Positions 62,560 through 64,000 of a stretch of DNA of 64,000 bases are shown piece by piece. The stretch spans positions 1 through 64,000 of the forward strand of contig CAXHJY010001334.1 in NCBI GenBank assembly GCA_964016885.1. The letters are read 5' to 3'. Source of the DNA: Eledone cirrhosa (lineage: Eukaryota). The notes below the pieces were generated by a model. That model saw only the letters and a list, made by a program, of their open reading frames with translations, did not search any database and was not told where the DNA came from. The position numbers and the translations under genes were made by a program. Every line of letters starts with the position of its first letter. Positions within the stretch are counted from its first letter, which is position 1.

Positions 62560-64000
62560 CTGGAAAATAGACAAATATATAATATATATATATATAACAG
62601 TGATAAATGATCTCTTTCGATTATTACTGATTATGGGTTGACTCTTGGAAAGGCTCTCTCCCCTCCTTTCGGTCATGAATGATCATGGGATTTGCACCTA
62701 GAATGTCCCCTCTGAGGCACACGCCAGGAGAAGGTCTTTTTATTTTAAAGACTAGTAGTCGCTCATACATACAAGCCCCCCCACTCCACGCCACCGCTGT
62801 TCTCCAAAGGAAAGGAAACGTCCGATACAGCTTGGCACCAGTGACATCGCAACTCATTTCTGCAGCTGAGTGAATTGTAAAAGTAAAGTGTCTTGCTGAA
62901 AGACACAACGCATTGCCCAATCCGGTAATCGAACTCAAACCCACAATTGAGAATCCAACACCCCAACCACTAAGCTATGCACCTTCACAAAACGCACGCT
63001 AATTAACGTTTGCTATTCTCACTACTCCACACACACACACCGTTCAGCTGATTGACTGGAGGGACAACATTTTCCTCCCCATCCTAAATTTCGTCCTGGA
63101 ACGTAAAGAAGGTGATGAAAGATTTGCTGAAGAAAAAAATGTCTTCAGTTCTTTTCAGTGTTGTCAACCAGACAATCTTTTTCGTGATGGTCACCAGACA
63201 GCAGCGAAGAGATCCTAGAAGTCGTATCTTCCCTACACAAGAGAATAACTGTTCAACATTAACTATCAACCACAAGCATCACCACCACCATTATCATCAC
63301 CAACACCACCACAATCAAAAACATCACCACCACCATCACCACCATTATCATCACCACCACCATTACTATCAGCAACATCATTATCGGCGCCACCATCACT
63401 ATAACCACAATCTCTCTTTTTCTTTATCTATCTTTCTTTTCTTTTCTTTCCTGTCTGACTCTGTACCTTCGCCCCCCTCTCTCCCTACCATCGCTCCATC
63501 CATTCTTTTCATTCTTCACGATGACTACATCTTTACATATCCATTTCTGCTGCTCTAATAGGTCTACACACGCACACACACACGCATTGACACTTACATA
63601 GACATACACATACACACACACATGTATATTGATAGAAAACGGGGAAAAATGGATGAAAGAAAAAGCAATAGAATCACACACACACAGAAACACGCAGAAA
63701 CACACACACACAGAGACACGCAGAAACACACACAGAAACTCATACACATACATTTATATAGTTAGAGAATGAAAGACAGAGACAAATGGGGAGAGAGATA
63801 GATAGAGAGAGAGAGGTGTATGAGAGAAGACGGGGTGTTTTTTGGCTAAAAGTTCACCTTCAAATCTATGGAATCCGACTATAGTTTAAAAAACGAACTG
63901 GAGATAATTATAAACATTCCAAAAGGAGAGAGTGGGAGAGTTGAAGAGAGGCTGTGGGAGAGAGGGAGAGAGAATTCCATCACAGCTTACCATCTCCCCG

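Noticed and set aside
63112-63558. His-rich ORF (also Asp/Asn-rich 29862-30146 and Pro/His-rich 57724-57977)
   Set aside because: Trinucleotide low-complexity repeats with no gene structure.

Overview
Repeat-rich animal genomic DNA, not prokaryotic. The SINE families, RTE/CR1 LINEs and huge (TA)n arrays resemble a coleoid cephalopod such as Octopus (inference). The one confident host gene is the 3' ~60% of an ABCC/MRP1-like ABC transporter: 17 phase-consistent exons on + from 19237 to a TGA stop at 45047-45049 (NBD1, linker, TMD2, NBD2). Bases 1-19236 are probably one large intron. That intron holds kilobase TA-rich microsatellites, two CR1-group LINE relics, two RTE-type 3' fragments and a Penelope-like element with a 1.33-kb inverted duplication. 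Later introns and the downstream region contain a near-full-length RTE LINE, non-autonomous Helitrons, a hAT/Buster transposon, tRNA-SINEs and minisatellites. The most notable unannotated signal is a set of minimal type I hammerhead ribozymes. Three sit in a 310-bp tandem array (55734-56821) with the architecture of a non-LTR retrozyme (candidate circular RNA). One sits in an unrelated ~451-bp repeat (12133-12175) with the same atypical U-U-closed stem II, and several more are dispersed. All long Y/I/M/C/V ORFs in the track are microsatellite artefacts.
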